Source of the DNA: Callorhinchus milii
Lineage: Eukaryota
Direction of reading: 5' to 3'
Assembly: GCF_018977255.1 (NCBI RefSeq)
Contig: NW_024705410.1
Span: 1 to 47,218, forward strand
DNA length: 47,218 nt
The position numbers and the translations under genes were made by a program. The notes below the pieces were generated by a model, which searched no databases, was not told the origin of the DNA, and saw nothing but the letters and a program-made list of their open reading frames with translations. Within the stretch, counting starts at the first letter, position 1; each line of letters begins with the position of its first letter. Positions 34,297 through 45,932 of the stretch are shown here, piece by piece.

Positions 34297-35103
34297 GTAT
34301 AGAGTCTTGATGAGGGAATTCTTCTGGGATGGATGGTGGTGGGAATCCGGTTTTAGGTAAGCATCCGTATGGGTGGCTTTCCTGTAGACAGAGTGGCTCA
34401 TTGAACCATCAGGTCTTCTTTTAATTAGGACATCCAAAAAGGGTAGCTTGCCATCTTTTTCGACTTCCATGGTCAATCTGATGGCTGGGTGTATGGAATT
34501 GATGTGGTCGAGAAATTGGTCTAGAGCAGGCCGGCCATGTGGCCAGATGACAAAAGTGTCATCTACGTACCTCTTCCATAAGGTCGGGCGTAGAGTGGCA
34601 GTCTAGATGGCGTCAGTTCAAATTTCTCCATGAAGATGTTGGCTACAACCGGAGATAGGGGGGAGCCCATTGGGGTGCCCTCAGTTTGCTTGTAGAAAGT
34701 TCCATTCCAGGTGAAGTATGTATTTGTTAAGCAGTGTCTCACCAGGGGGGTACCCCAGCATTCAGTCCTTGATGAACCAAGTCTTCAATGATTGCGATGG
34801 TGTCAGGTACAGGAACTTTGGTGAATAAGGAAACCACATCAAAACTGACAAGCAGGTCGTCTGGGGACAGGGCAATCCCCTTGATTGTCGATACCAGGTC
34901 AGTAGAGTTTAGTACCGCAGAGGTGGTTTTTCCAGTGAAAGGCCGTAAGATTTCAGACAAAAAACGAGCCAGTTTATAGGTGGGGGAGTTGATAGTAGAG
35001 ACAATGGGACGAAGAGGTGTATCTTCTTTATGTATCTTTGGCAAGCCGTATAATCTTGGTGGCCTGGCTGCAGAAGGTTTCAACGAGAACTGTTTGGTCT
35101 GAT
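34297..35103 (-). pseudogene. Penelope reverse transcriptase, core part
   Basis: PPRLYGLPKIHKEDTPLRPIVSTINSPTYKLARFL...SFDVVSLFTKVP...YVDDTF...HHHPSQKNSLIKTLY. Cut by the hAT at KTLY|HRA. Confidence 0.9.
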
Positions 35104-36075
35104 CAAACGACATGTCTCGGACCGCATCCGTGAACATAAAGCAGACCTGAAACACGGTAGGACAAACACCTCAGCCGTGGCAGATCACTGTTACAATTCA
35201 GTGGGCTCACATGACATTGACTTCTCCAAGACAGAGGTTCTCTGCAAGCCATCTGGCTATCATGAGAGATTCGTTCATGAGGCGATCCACATGTACAAAC
35301 ACAGAGACAATTTCAACCGAGAAGATGGATTCTGGCTTAGCAATCATTGGAAGGACGTAATAAACCATTTCGGATCTTAACTGATTGTGTTCACGTTTTA
35401 CGGTGACTTTCAGACCGCGTTCCACTCACTGGCATGGTGCAGTGTGCAGAGTAATGTATGGTGTCGTAATTGTATAGTAAATAAATATATAGCAGTGTGA
35501 TACACATTAGGGTGGGTAGAATAATACATAGTGTTATATTAAAATGGATAAGGTAGCAACTGCAGCAGCAGCAACTGCAGCAGCAGCAACTGCAGCAGCA
35601 GCAGCAACTGCAGCAGCAGCAACTGCAGCAGCAGCAGAAACTGCAGCAGCAGCAACTGCAGCAGCAGCAGCAACTGCAGCAGCAGCTGCAGCAGCAGCAA
35701 CTGCAGCAGCAGCAGTACCTGCAGCTCCCTTTGATGCTGTTAATCCTGCATAATGCACATGCATATGTAGTACTAATCACATTCCTGCATTTCCCATAAA
35801 TATGCTAAATTCCTCTTGATATGCAAATTCCTTTGTCAAGGCGCCCAGCTTATATATATATGATCCAAGCTCGTGTGCTGTTTCATTCAGACTCTGTCGC
35901 CTCGACGGACCTGGTTTTCACCTGAGGATGGCTGCTTGCGTTGTGGCCGAAACGTCGTGAGAATAATTTTATTATGTTTTATTTTTATTATTTTATTACT
36001 TCCCTTCTACGTGACTTTACCGAAAGAACCAAGAAGATGAATCTATGCAGTCACGAAAGCTTTAAATCAAAATTT
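35104..36075 (+). repeat. Inverted copy of the Penelope 3' end (GIY-YIG C-terminus, minisatellite, pLTR and a 39-bp tail)
   Basis: Near-perfect reverse complement of 30094-31021, plus the tail ATGAATCTATGCAGTCACGAAAGCTTTAAATCAAAATTT at 36037-36075. Confidence 0.93.
35915..35963 (+). ncRNA. Minimal type I hammerhead ribozyme in Penelope pLTR
   Basis: TTTTCAC-CTGAGGA-TGGCTGCTTGCGTTGTGGCC-GAAA-CG-TC-GTGAGAA. Confidence 0.83.
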
Positions 36076-37394
36076 AAGACAGCTAGTGTTGTCCTTGCGT
36101 CCTAGAGCAGTGGTGTTGAGGACAAGAGTGTGAAGTTGCTAATGGAAGGAATCGCTGAGGAGCTGCCACAAATTATGAATGCAACCATGCCATCTGCACT
36201 TGATCATATGAATGTCAGTGTCCATAGTACAGCAATGTTTTTCTTGTGTAAGCAGCGCAGAGTCTTGAATATGTCTGACTTCAAGTCAATTGTTCAACTA
36301 TCCAGCGGCATCTCATCTAGGGCAGGAAAGAATCAGAGTATATATCAAGAAAAAAATTCCGGACAGTGATAATGCTTTGGGACATAGGGCTGTTGCCACG
36401 TGTAACTAGATAGGAGGTGGTCAATCGGCTTCCTATGTTAGTGATAGATTCAGTGCAAAAGCTGCTTGGTGCAACAAAACTCCTACTTGGTACCAGACTG
36501 ACAGTTGGCACTGCTATTAGCGAAACTGCAACATTGAGGATTAACCATAAAGGCCAAATCTATGTTTGTTGGAACAACAACTTTAAACCCTGGCCAAAGG
36601 AGTAAAGAATGTGTTCTGATTGAACAACAGTTCGAAAAGGGTCTCCTCAATGTCCCTTGTAGGCACCACATTGTGTGAAGTCATCCTCGAGACAGTCTTC
36701 CAAGAACCCCTGAGGCTGTTTGCCTGTCCTGATGTCCTTATTTTAAAACAGTTCCTAGCAGAATATGCATCTATAAATTATGGCAACTGCCTTACAGCTC
36801 GTGGCATGACTTAATTGCCAATCCTGTAGCAGACATCAAATGTGATTTAATTGCCTTCGCCAAGGAAGAACTGGCAAACCAACAACCTCGCAATGACCAT
36901 AAAAAACTATTGAATATCACCATTCTCTTCATTGACCTTACACATCCTTATGGTGTTCATTTTCTGGCCCTTGGTGGAATTCTCAGGGCACTGGATGACA
37001 AATGCCACGCATTCCATGCAAATATTAATGGGCAGGGAACAGACTTATATTAAAACCAAGCAGAATGGGGTATGAGATATAACCATTATTGTGGCTAGTT
37101 CTCTCCCTGAAGGCATGGTTTCAAGCTCCTATCCCCATGTCAGCATCTGTAAATACTTCGCTGGCCTTAAAGGGAGTTTCACAATGACAAGCCGGCTAGC
37201 ACAAGTGTTGCCAATGCAGTCATCAATATATTTCTAGTCATTTCTGCTACCTCCAAGTAGAGCTGATAGTTAAGTCTTACTGTAACAGGAAAGTAATTAC
37301 AGAAAGTACGCTTTAAAAGGTTGAAGCTCTTCAAGAAGTACGTTTGGAGGATATTCCACATTGGACCACTGCTGATCAAGATGGCATTTCATGG

Positions 37395-37452
37395 AAAGAT
37401 CGAAACGTCGTATGCTATTATTTAATTTATTATTTTCTCTTTCTACGTGACT
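37395..37452 (+). mobile_element. Short remnant of a Penelope pLTR end
   Basis: GATCGAAACGTCGTA...TTCTACGTGACTTTATCGAAAGAACCAA matches the pLTR terminus. Confidence 0.55.
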
Positions 37453-37750
37453 TTATCGAAAGAACCAAAGAGTAATTTCTTCACTTTCTGTAAATATTCA
37501 TTAAAAGCCCTCTCAACAAGGAAATGCATGCATACTCTAAACAAATGTAAATAACATGTAATTCCCATCATAAAATCTAAAACTGAAGATAAATATGATT
37601 CCTACCATGCCTTAAATGTATGTCATGTGACTACCACATTGCACATACGATGATGGCACCCTTGTCTAAGCCATTTTCTTAGTATGTGTCCATAATATTG
37701 TATGAACCACCAACTGAAGGAGAGTTGAAGATGTGTATTGATGAGTCCTA

Positions 37751-37982
37751 TTTAAAGCTTTCGTGACTGCAGGAATTCATCTTCTTGGTTCTTTCGGTAA
37801 AGTCACGTAGAAGGGAAGTAATAAATAATAAAAATAAAACATAATAAAATAATTCTCACGACGTTTCGGCTGCAACGCTGCTTGCGTTGTAGCCGAAACG
37901 TCGTGAGAATTATTTTATTATGTTTTATTTTTATTATTTTATTACTTCCCTTCTACGTGACTTTACCGAAAGAACCAAGAAG
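37751..37982. mobile_element. 232-bp palindromic mini-Penelope insertion
   Basis: 13-bp TSD TTGATGAGTCCTA (37738-37750 and 37983-37995). A 30-bp tail is followed by two ~100-bp inverted arms that fold back within hammerhead stem II. Confidence 0.92.
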
Positions 37983-38172
37983 TTGATGAGTCCTAATAAG
38001 GATACGGCTGATCGTTATTTTGTAGCGTCTAATGATAGTATTTTAAGTAATGTGTTTGACATTAACACAAACCATCTATTGTGACTCCTGCTGTTTATAT
38101 CCTGCTTTGTTTATATGCCACATTTTAAAGCGGTCTTACTAGCATAAACGCTAGTGTTGTTTAATTTGTATT

Positions 38173-38391
38173 CATGGGTCTTTCGGTAAAGTCACGTAGA
38201 TAGGTTCAAAATAATAAATAAAAAACTAAGAAAAAACTACGACGTTTTGATCGTCTTCAGGAAAAGAAGACGACTGCTTGTGTGGTCGATCGAAACGTCG
38301 TAGTTTTTTTTTATTTCAACCTATCTACGTGACCTTACCGAAAGCCCCAAGAATAATAATTCCTGCAGTCACTAAAGCTTTAAGTCAGGAT
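38173..38391. mobile_element. Palindromic mini-insertion from a second, older Penelope family
   Basis: TSD TTGTTTAATTTGT(A/G)TT (38157-38172 and 38392-38407). Inverted arms CTTTCGGTAAAGTCACGTAGATAGG / CCTATCTACGTGACCTTACCGAAAG, a tail CCTGCAGTCACTAAAGCTTTAA and decayed hammerhead cores. Confidence 0.82.
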
Positions 38392-38504
38392 TTGTTTAAT
38401 TTGTGTTTAGATTTAAACATATTTTTCAGTAAAAAAAACGATTGCTTAAGTTGTAGTTTTTACCTATTTACGTTAATTTAAAAAATGTCACCCTTTTTTT
38501 ACAG

Positions 38505-38614
38505 AAAAACCACAAAGATGAAACTTGGTTGTCTGTGATTGCACTCACGCTCGCCTCCGTTTACATTTGGAATGTCAATGGTGTTATTGACACTGGAAAC
38601 CTTGAACAGCTCTG
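38505..38614 (+). CDS. GBP GTPase-domain exon following G3
   Basis: TTTTTTTACAG acceptor. Encodes KNHKDETWLSVIALTLASVYIWNVNGVIDTGNLEQL(C), versus hGBP1 GDNQNDSWIFALAVLLSSTFVYNSIGTINQQAMDQLY. 110 nt, phase 0 to phase 2. Confidence 0.88.
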
Positions 38615-39819
38615 GTATCCTTATCATGCATACGTTTGTTCTAATATTCTAATTTGCAATATGTTATCGTTCTAATATTTAACTGAAGAGCGCCATTTTA
38701 AAGTACTGGATTAGCAAACATTGCGGCTCTAATGCCATGTAAAGGACAAGTAAAAATATAGAACATTTATTTTTTGTGATTGTTATGACATATCTGAAGT
38801 GTTTTTGGTATAAAAAATTCCTCAAGGAAGAGCGAAGCCTTGATACACAATAATGAGTTTCGTCCCAATTCCTGTTGATGTTAATGTGAGTGAAAGTATT
38901 CAAATATGTAAATTTTCCACGATGAAGTATACATTTTTGCACAGACATTTAAATGTACGTCTCTTGAAGAAAAGGTTCAGCTGTAGTGGTATAAAAACAA
39001 GTCACTGGCCGATATGTCCGACACAGCTCAAAAGTGTGTACACACACATCGTAACATCGTAATAATATTAATCCAGGGTGTCCCTCATGATAATTGCATC
39101 TTAATGCACTGAACATTGGAACCCACGTCGTAAGAAAATGGACAAGAACACCACATTCAGTCAACACAGCCAAGAGTAGGGATCGAGGGCTAAATATAAT
39201 ACGAACTAGGCGTGGCGAAAGTACGCAATGAATCGCACGACATCAGAGAAAGTTCATGAAATTACCTCAAATATGTTGAAAGCATCAACCCCAGAGGATT
39301 CTGCAATTCCTTGCAAAAGCCAAGAGTACACTCGAAGGAGAAGCAACCAAACACGAATCCTACCAACACCACAGATCTGCCAGAACAGCACACAAGAAAG
39401 ATTCTCACATCATAGCACATTGGCTGAGAGTAACCTCCATTGGAGAGCTATGGGCAAGTATTTATAGAATGCGTGATTATCCCAGACAAAGAGACCATCA
39501 CCCCAGAGAGGCTGCGAGCTCCTCACAAAAAAAAAACTACTCAGCATGATGGCCAGCAGTGGAAGAGTGGCAATCTTTACCGAGGTTTCAAAATAATAAA
39601 AAAGCATTAACAAAATGTAAATTTAAGCGAAAGGACGAGATAAATAATAATGTTTTTTTGTTTAATAGTGGAAGGGAATTGCTTTAAGGAATAAGGAGTG
39701 CAAGTGCATTCCTCACCGAGGTAACTGGATTTATCAAAACATCCAAAATAGTCGTCTTATATGATTGTAGGTGTAACGAACAGCTCCAGACTGAATGTAT
39801 ACACATACACTCATACCGG

Positions 39820-40291
39820 TGTAATAACAGCCATAGAGGGTTCACGTGGGGATTGGCTTGCCGGTCCTGCTTGTAGCCAATAAGGGTTGAGATAGGGACC
39901 ATGGCCCATGCGTCATCACGACAGGTCATCAGGAGTGATTGGCCCAGCCATTCGGGGTCCCAGCTAATGGGGAGCCGGATGAGGGGCGTGGTCCCGGGAT
40001 TGACAGGGAACCATCGAGAATGGTCAAAGCTGTCTATGAACGATTGGCTGGGGGAACCACGTGACGAAGGTATTAAGAGCGAGTGAGAGAGAACGATCGA
40101 GAGCAGACTGAAACTAACAGGAGCAGGGTCACGCGCGGACGGGGGCTGGGGTTGCCACGTGCGCGGTGAGGACTCAGTGCGTAGTCTGTCCTCTCTCCGT
40201 TGTCTGCCAGCAACGGAGAGTGAGTGAGCAAGTGTATTGAAAGTGGAAATAAAGGACTGATTCCGAAGCCGTCTCCGGGAGGATTATTACA
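39820..40291 (+). repeat. 5' LTR of Gypsy element 2 (472 bp)
   Basis: Direct repeat of 45933-46402; I see 2 substitutions and 2 G-run indels. Confidence 0.95.
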
Positions 40292-40335
40292 TTGGTGTCA
40301 GAAGTAATTCTGCGACTGTTTGGACGATCGTCAAG

Positions 40336-43300
40336 ATGTCTAAGCACCTCAGAAAAAAGAACCTGCCCGTGCCTCTGTCGGAGGAAGAGGTCGAGACGGA
40401 TGAAGACGAGCTGTTGGGAGCTACAGCCCTGGTGCCGCCGGCTGACGACGCTCGCCTCGACGCCTCTCAGCGTCGACCGGGGGAGGATGTGACCACCGCA
40501 GGACCAAGAGACGAATGGCGGCTGATGGCGGAGCAGATTGAGTCGTTGCGCGCAATTCTGCTAAGCCTGGTGACCGCGGTGGCGTCCTCACCAGCCGTGG
40601 GTCGCCAGATCGCCGATCAACTGGACGCTGCGGGAAGGGTCCTGCTCTGGAAGCGGGACCCGCCATTGCTCCTGCCACGCGGGAGGACGCCGTCGTCTTG
40701 GGTGGGGCGGCTGCGCCGGAGTCGTCGGCCGCCATTTTGGGCGCGCCTGCCACCACGCGGCCGCCGGACGCCATTTTGTCTGCACCGAGCGGAGAGCGGG
40801 AACGGCTGCCGGAGACGCCCGCGGCACGCGCCTGCCACCGCGGACATCGCCTTCCACAAATAAAAGAATTTATCGCCGGGGGCGATTGGAGTGCTTTTAC
40901 GTGGCGCTTCGAGTCAGCTTTTAGATCTGTCAACTGGACGGAGGAAGAAGCGCTGGGAGCGCTACCTACGCTGCTCGATGATGTGTCTCTGGGAGTCTTC
41001 CGCTCCATTCCGGCGTCCAAGAAGAAGACACTGCGGGACGCGTTCACAGAGATGGCGGAATTTTACGACCCGCCGACATCGGCCACCAGAAAATTTATGT
41101 CGCGTCGCCGGGCACCGGAGGAATCGCCGTTGGCCTATCGGGGGCGTTGATGGCGATGGCCATGGCCGCCTACCCCGACGCGACGGCCGAGCATTTGGAT
41201 CCTCTCATCCTTTCCCGCATGCTGGAGTTGTCTCAGGAGCTCAACATCTCTCTACCAGTGTGCGGCCACGAACCGCTTTCATCGCGGTGGGTGGCGCGCT
41301 GCCTGGACGCTAAGTTTAATATCAAGCGGTGGGACCAGATGGCGGCGTGGACGGGGAAACCCGAGATCGACGGGCCGCCTCTGGGGTGGTCTCCGCGACT
41401 GGTTGTCCACTGCTCCGACGACTCGGGCGACGACGACATGCTGGCTGCTGCTGTTCCGCATAGGGTTCCGGGCCGGCGGCTGCGCGACCAGCGGGGCGAC
41501 TACACGGGCCGACCGCGTGCGAGGGCCGGGTCGTCCGACCGCCCGCCGACGTCGGCCGCGTGTTTTAAGTGCGGCAGACGGGGCCACTTCGCCCGTGACT
41601 GCCGCTGCCGACCTCTGCTGTCGCCTCCTCCGCCGAGGGGACCTTCATCTTCTCTACCTGCCGCGGAGCTGCAACAACCTCGGGCGAGTCGGCACAAATC
41701 GGACACCCGGCAGGTCGTGTCACATCACTCATCCACTCGCACTCATTCTTACACTCCTAAGGGTAATTTTACTTCTCCTGCTCCATTGACACGCTCTGCT
41801 ACACAGTGGAGGAAATTGGCTCGCAGGATTGTGGCTGCGGCGTCGGGCTCGTCGACGGTACGGGTACCATCGACGGCGTTGACGTCCGTATTTTGGTGGA
41901 CACTGGCGCATCGGCTACCATCATTTCGGATGTAATTTTTCATTTGTTGTCCATTCCTGCGTCCAGAATACGCAAGGTTAATGATGCGTGTGTTGCCGCC
42001 AATGGGGGAGCATGGGCATCTGCGGACAGGTGGATGTGAGCATCGCTATCGGAAATATTACCGCCGCAGGACCTGTGTTAATTTCTCGTTCGCTAGCTGT
42101 TCCATGCTTGTTGGGTACGGATTTCCTGCGCCGGATGCCGTTGCGAATACGGGTCGACCAGGACTGTTTGGAAATGCCGGGGGGTCGTAGGATGGCGTTC
42201 CTGCCTTCCCTGCTGGCCAAGCGCCTACAGGTAACGCAGTTACTGCTGTAGTTGCGGCTACGGTCGAGGTTCCATCGGGAGCGCAAATGCTTATTCCGCT
42301 ACGTTACCGAAAACCGCTTCAGATGGCAAAAGGTGCGAAAGGCGTGCTATTATCCCCATCGAATTCCGTAGCGAAATCTTTTCTTTGGCGGCGGCACAAA
42401 CGATCGTGCGCCCAGGTCAGGCACCCTTCATACAGGTCTTGAATGGGGGACCTGATCGCGTTGTTGTTCCGGAGGGATCGGTGCTGGCTCACGCCACTAC
42501 CGATTTCGCCTCTTGTGATAAACCACCGCGCGCTCGGATGCCCGCGGATGGGCCTCCGCACGATCGTTCACAAGAACGCTGGATTGCGGATTTATGCGGA
42601 GAGAATTCCTCTTTGTCAAATGAACATAGGAACGCCTTGCGTTCGCTATTGCTGCAGTACGCTGATGTGTTCAGCAAAATGATTTGGACCTCGGACGCAC
42701 ATCGCTTTTGTCGCACCATATTGAAACCGGTGCGTCGCCGCCTGTCTGTATGCACCCTCACCGCATGAGCCCGGCGGAAAGGGAACACGTGCGTGGGGCG
42801 GTGGATGAATTGCTGGCGGCGGATATTATCTCGCCATCAAATAGTCCGTGGGGCGCGCCCGTCGTTTTGGTTAAGAAAAAAGATGGTGGTACGAGGTTTT
42901 GCGTTGATTTCCGCCGGCTGAACAAAATCTCGGTAGCGGACGCGTACCCCTTACCGAGGATGGATGACTCATTGGATGCTTTATCGGGTGCTAATTTTTT
43001 TTCCACCCTCGACCTGTCCTCGGGCTTCTGGCAGCTTCCCCTCGATGACGAGTCAAAACCCAAAACGGCATTCCGCACGCCGCAAGGCCTCTTTGAATTT
43101 AATCGGTTGCCGATGGGCCTGAACGCGGCTCCGGCCACGTTTCAGCGCCTCATGGAATTGGTGTTGGCGGACTGCAGTGGGAAACGTGCCTCATATATCT
43201 AGACGATATAATTGTCTTTAGCCGCACGTTCGAGGAACATCTGCAACGCCTTGAGACAGTTTTTCAAAGGATGCGTGCGGCTGACCTTAAGTTTAAACCG

Positions 43301-45693
43301 AAGAAATGCCACCTCCTGCAACACTCCGTCCGTTACCTGGGTCATATTGTCAGTTCGGACGGTGTATCCACTGACCCTCTGAAAACGAAGTGTGTACGTG
43401 AGTGGCCCACACCCACTTCAGTGGGTGATGTTCGGCGGTTTATTGGATTCGCTTCCTATTATCGCCGCTTCGTTAAGAACTTTGCGACGTTGGCAAAACC
43501 ATTACACGTTCTGACTGGCAAAAATCAGAGGTTTAAATGGGGGCGGAGGAAGAAAGTTCCTTCATGGCACTTCGGAACCACCTCGCCACGGCGCCTACGT
43601 TAGATTACCCAGATTTTTCACAGCCGTTCATCCTTGATACGGATGCTAGTGATATCGGCATTGGGGCCGTTTTGTCGCAACGTAAGGATGGGTTGAGAGG
43701 GTGGTGGCGTATGGCAGCAGGGTTCTCTCCCCTGCGGAAACGCGATATTGCGTGACAAGGCGGGAACTTTTGGCAATTGTCCATTTTGTTCGATTGTACC
43801 GGCCGTACCTGTATGGACGGAAATTCCTGGTCCGCACTGATCATGCGGCTTTGCAATATTCCCTCAAATTGGATCAGCCGTCAGGCCAATTGGCCCGGTG
43901 GTTGGAATCATTACAGGAATTTTCCTTCGATATAACATACCGAAAGGGGGCCCGTCATGCGAACGCTGATGCGCTCTCAAGGCTGCCGCCCGTTCCTCCG
44001 TGCACTTGCCTGAAGGGCACGCACCGCTGTGCCGCACCGCCCACGTCGCCCTGCCCGGTTATGGGGGCGATAGCGAATGAGGACGACGCAGGGGCGAAAG
44101 CGAAGGAGGAGGACCAGCAGGTGTCGGTGGACACCGATGATACCTTACGGCTGCCGCACGCGGTCTGGTTGCGCGAGCAGGAGGCCGATGCCTCGCTGTC
44201 TCCGCTACGTAAGTTGATTGGGAAACAGAAATCGCAATTGGCGGGCTGGAAGTGGCAGATGTTCCGGGGTAAGTCGGGATTGCTAATGTGTACCGACGGG
44301 GTGTCTGACCGACCACGCTTGGTGGTGCCTACTTCGCTTCGCTACGACCTGCTCCGTGCTCTGCACGCTGATAAGTTGATGCACCTCGGCGTCCAAAAGA
44401 CTGTGGCCGCGATGCAAAAGGATTTTTTCTGGGCCGGTATGACGGCGGACATCAATGATTTTGTGCGCTCGTGCCATGACTGTGCGAAGAGGAAACCGCC
44501 TCGGAACCACTATGTACCACCGTTGCGTTCCATTGAAGTGTCTCGTATCAACGAATTGGTGGCTCTCGACATTCTGGGGCCGTTTCCCCCGTCGGCTAGG
44601 GGCAATAAATACCTTCTGGTCGGGGTGGAATATTTTTCTCGATGGCCGATGGCCTGGCCTCTACCCGACCAAACGGCAGCGTCCATCACCGACGCTTTCC
44701 TGAACGGGTATGTCATGGACAAGGGGCACCTGAAAGGCTGCTCACAGATCAAGGCCGGAATTCTCCTCTAAATTGCTTAGGGAAGTTTGTGACGCGCTAG
44801 GTACAAAGAAGGTTCGCACCTCCCCATACCATCCACAAACAGATGGTATGGTGGAACGATTCAACCGTACCCTTTCCGCTATGCTTTGTCACACGGTCAG
44901 TGAAAAGCAAACCGATTGGGACTTGCACATACCAGGCGTCTTGGCGGCATACCGCATGGTTCCGCACACGTCCACGGGATACTCACCGTTTTTTTTTATG
45001 TATGGCCGTGAAAATGTTCCACCCATCGATGTGCAACTGGGTACGCCGAGTAAACAACCGTCCCGCTCCCTGCCTGACCACGTGCGTGACTCGCTTGAAC
45101 GAGTAACGGAAGCGCGAGAGGCTGCCCGGTGTGCGACGGCCCGTGCTCAGGCAAGGAACGAACGGTACGCGCGTCGATCGCATACTCGCATGCCTTGGTC
45201 AGTGGGAGACCTGGCGTGGCTCCACTGCCCCCAGGTACCGGCGGGCACATCCCCTAAACTGCACAGGCCATGGCGGGGGCCTGTGACGCTCGTAGATGTT
45301 CGGAACTCGCAAAGTATCCGCGTTCAATACGGCAAACGTCGGTGGTATGTTCATTCCTCGCGACTTAAACCCTATGTTGACGCGCGTGTCGGTCCTTCAT
45401 CCCCAATAGCTGACCTGCCGGGTTCTGCTGGGCCGACTGCGCCGCTTGACACGCCCGTTGATCCCAAGGGGGACTGTGTTGTGCCTCCTGCAGATGAACA
45501 GGTTCTGAGGGCTGAGGAAGCCCCCGCTGCCCCCCCTCCAACGGGGCCCGCCCTGGACGTGACCATGCACCAACAACATACTTCTCCTTCGAGCCTGCCA
45601 CCTCCTGTTCATCCGGAAGCGAAGCGACCTTGCGCTGGGAGCGGAGAGGGTCCCGCGTCGCGTACGCGGTCGAAATCTTTTCCGTTTCGTTAA
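40336..45693 (+). pseudogene. Gypsy element 2 gag-pol (frameshifts mostly 1-nt homopolymer deletions; may be intact in vivo)
   Basis: MSKHLRKK gag; CFKCGRRGHFARDC; ILVDTGAS; RFCVDFRRLN and YLDD; ILDTDASD; HLGVQKT..CHDC; TSPYHPQTDGMVERFNRTL; stop at 45693. Confidence 0.93.
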
Positions 45694-45932
45694 CGTTCGA
45701 TCATTCGCTAATTCCCTGTCGTTAACGCGCTGCAGGGGCGCCCTAATGTATGGTGTGATTTTCTTATAATTATTATGGGTGACTGTTTTACATGTTGTTA
45801 GGCGCAGGAACGCCGGTTCACCCTCAAATCGTTAAACGCACCTTGGTGCCCTAAAAAGATGTCGCGGAATTGGTTCTTCACCCTTTTCCCAGCCGAGACG
45901 GCTAAATTTTTTCACCGGGGGGGGGGGGGTGA

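Larger units (their letters stand above)
30094..36075 (-). mobile_element. Penelope-like retroelement (RT + GIY-YIG endonuclease), 5'-truncated, with an inverted copy of its 3' end
   Basis: 12-bp TSD AAGACAGCTAGT (30082-30093 and 36076-36087). The minus strand gives YGLPKIHK..PLRPIVS, SFDVVSLFTKVP, G.PMGSPLSP, RYVDD, LPFLDV, VYRKATHT, and GVYKLSCLCGSSYIGETKR..RIREH. Arms 30094-31021 and 35104-36036 are inverted repeats. Confidence 0.95.
29600..37290 (+). mobile_element. Old, decayed hAT-superfamily (hATm-like) transposase remnant, split by the Penelope insertion (pieces ~29600-30093 and 36076-37290)
   Basis: Relic motifs: EGRRDMTGVDK; LWDIGLLP...VNRLPMLV..KLLGATKL..GT; CVLIEQQFEKGLLNVPCRHHI.EVILETVF (CxxH); QPRNDHKKLLNITILFI..GVHFLA.GG..RA.WM. 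TIRs were not found and the family name is from recall. Confidence 0.55.

Noticed and set aside
37850..37910. Additional active hammerheads in the 37.8-kb and 38.3-kb palindromes
   Set aside because: The fold-back junction removes the CUGANGA core at 37.8 kb; the cores at 38.3 kb are mutated or incomplete.
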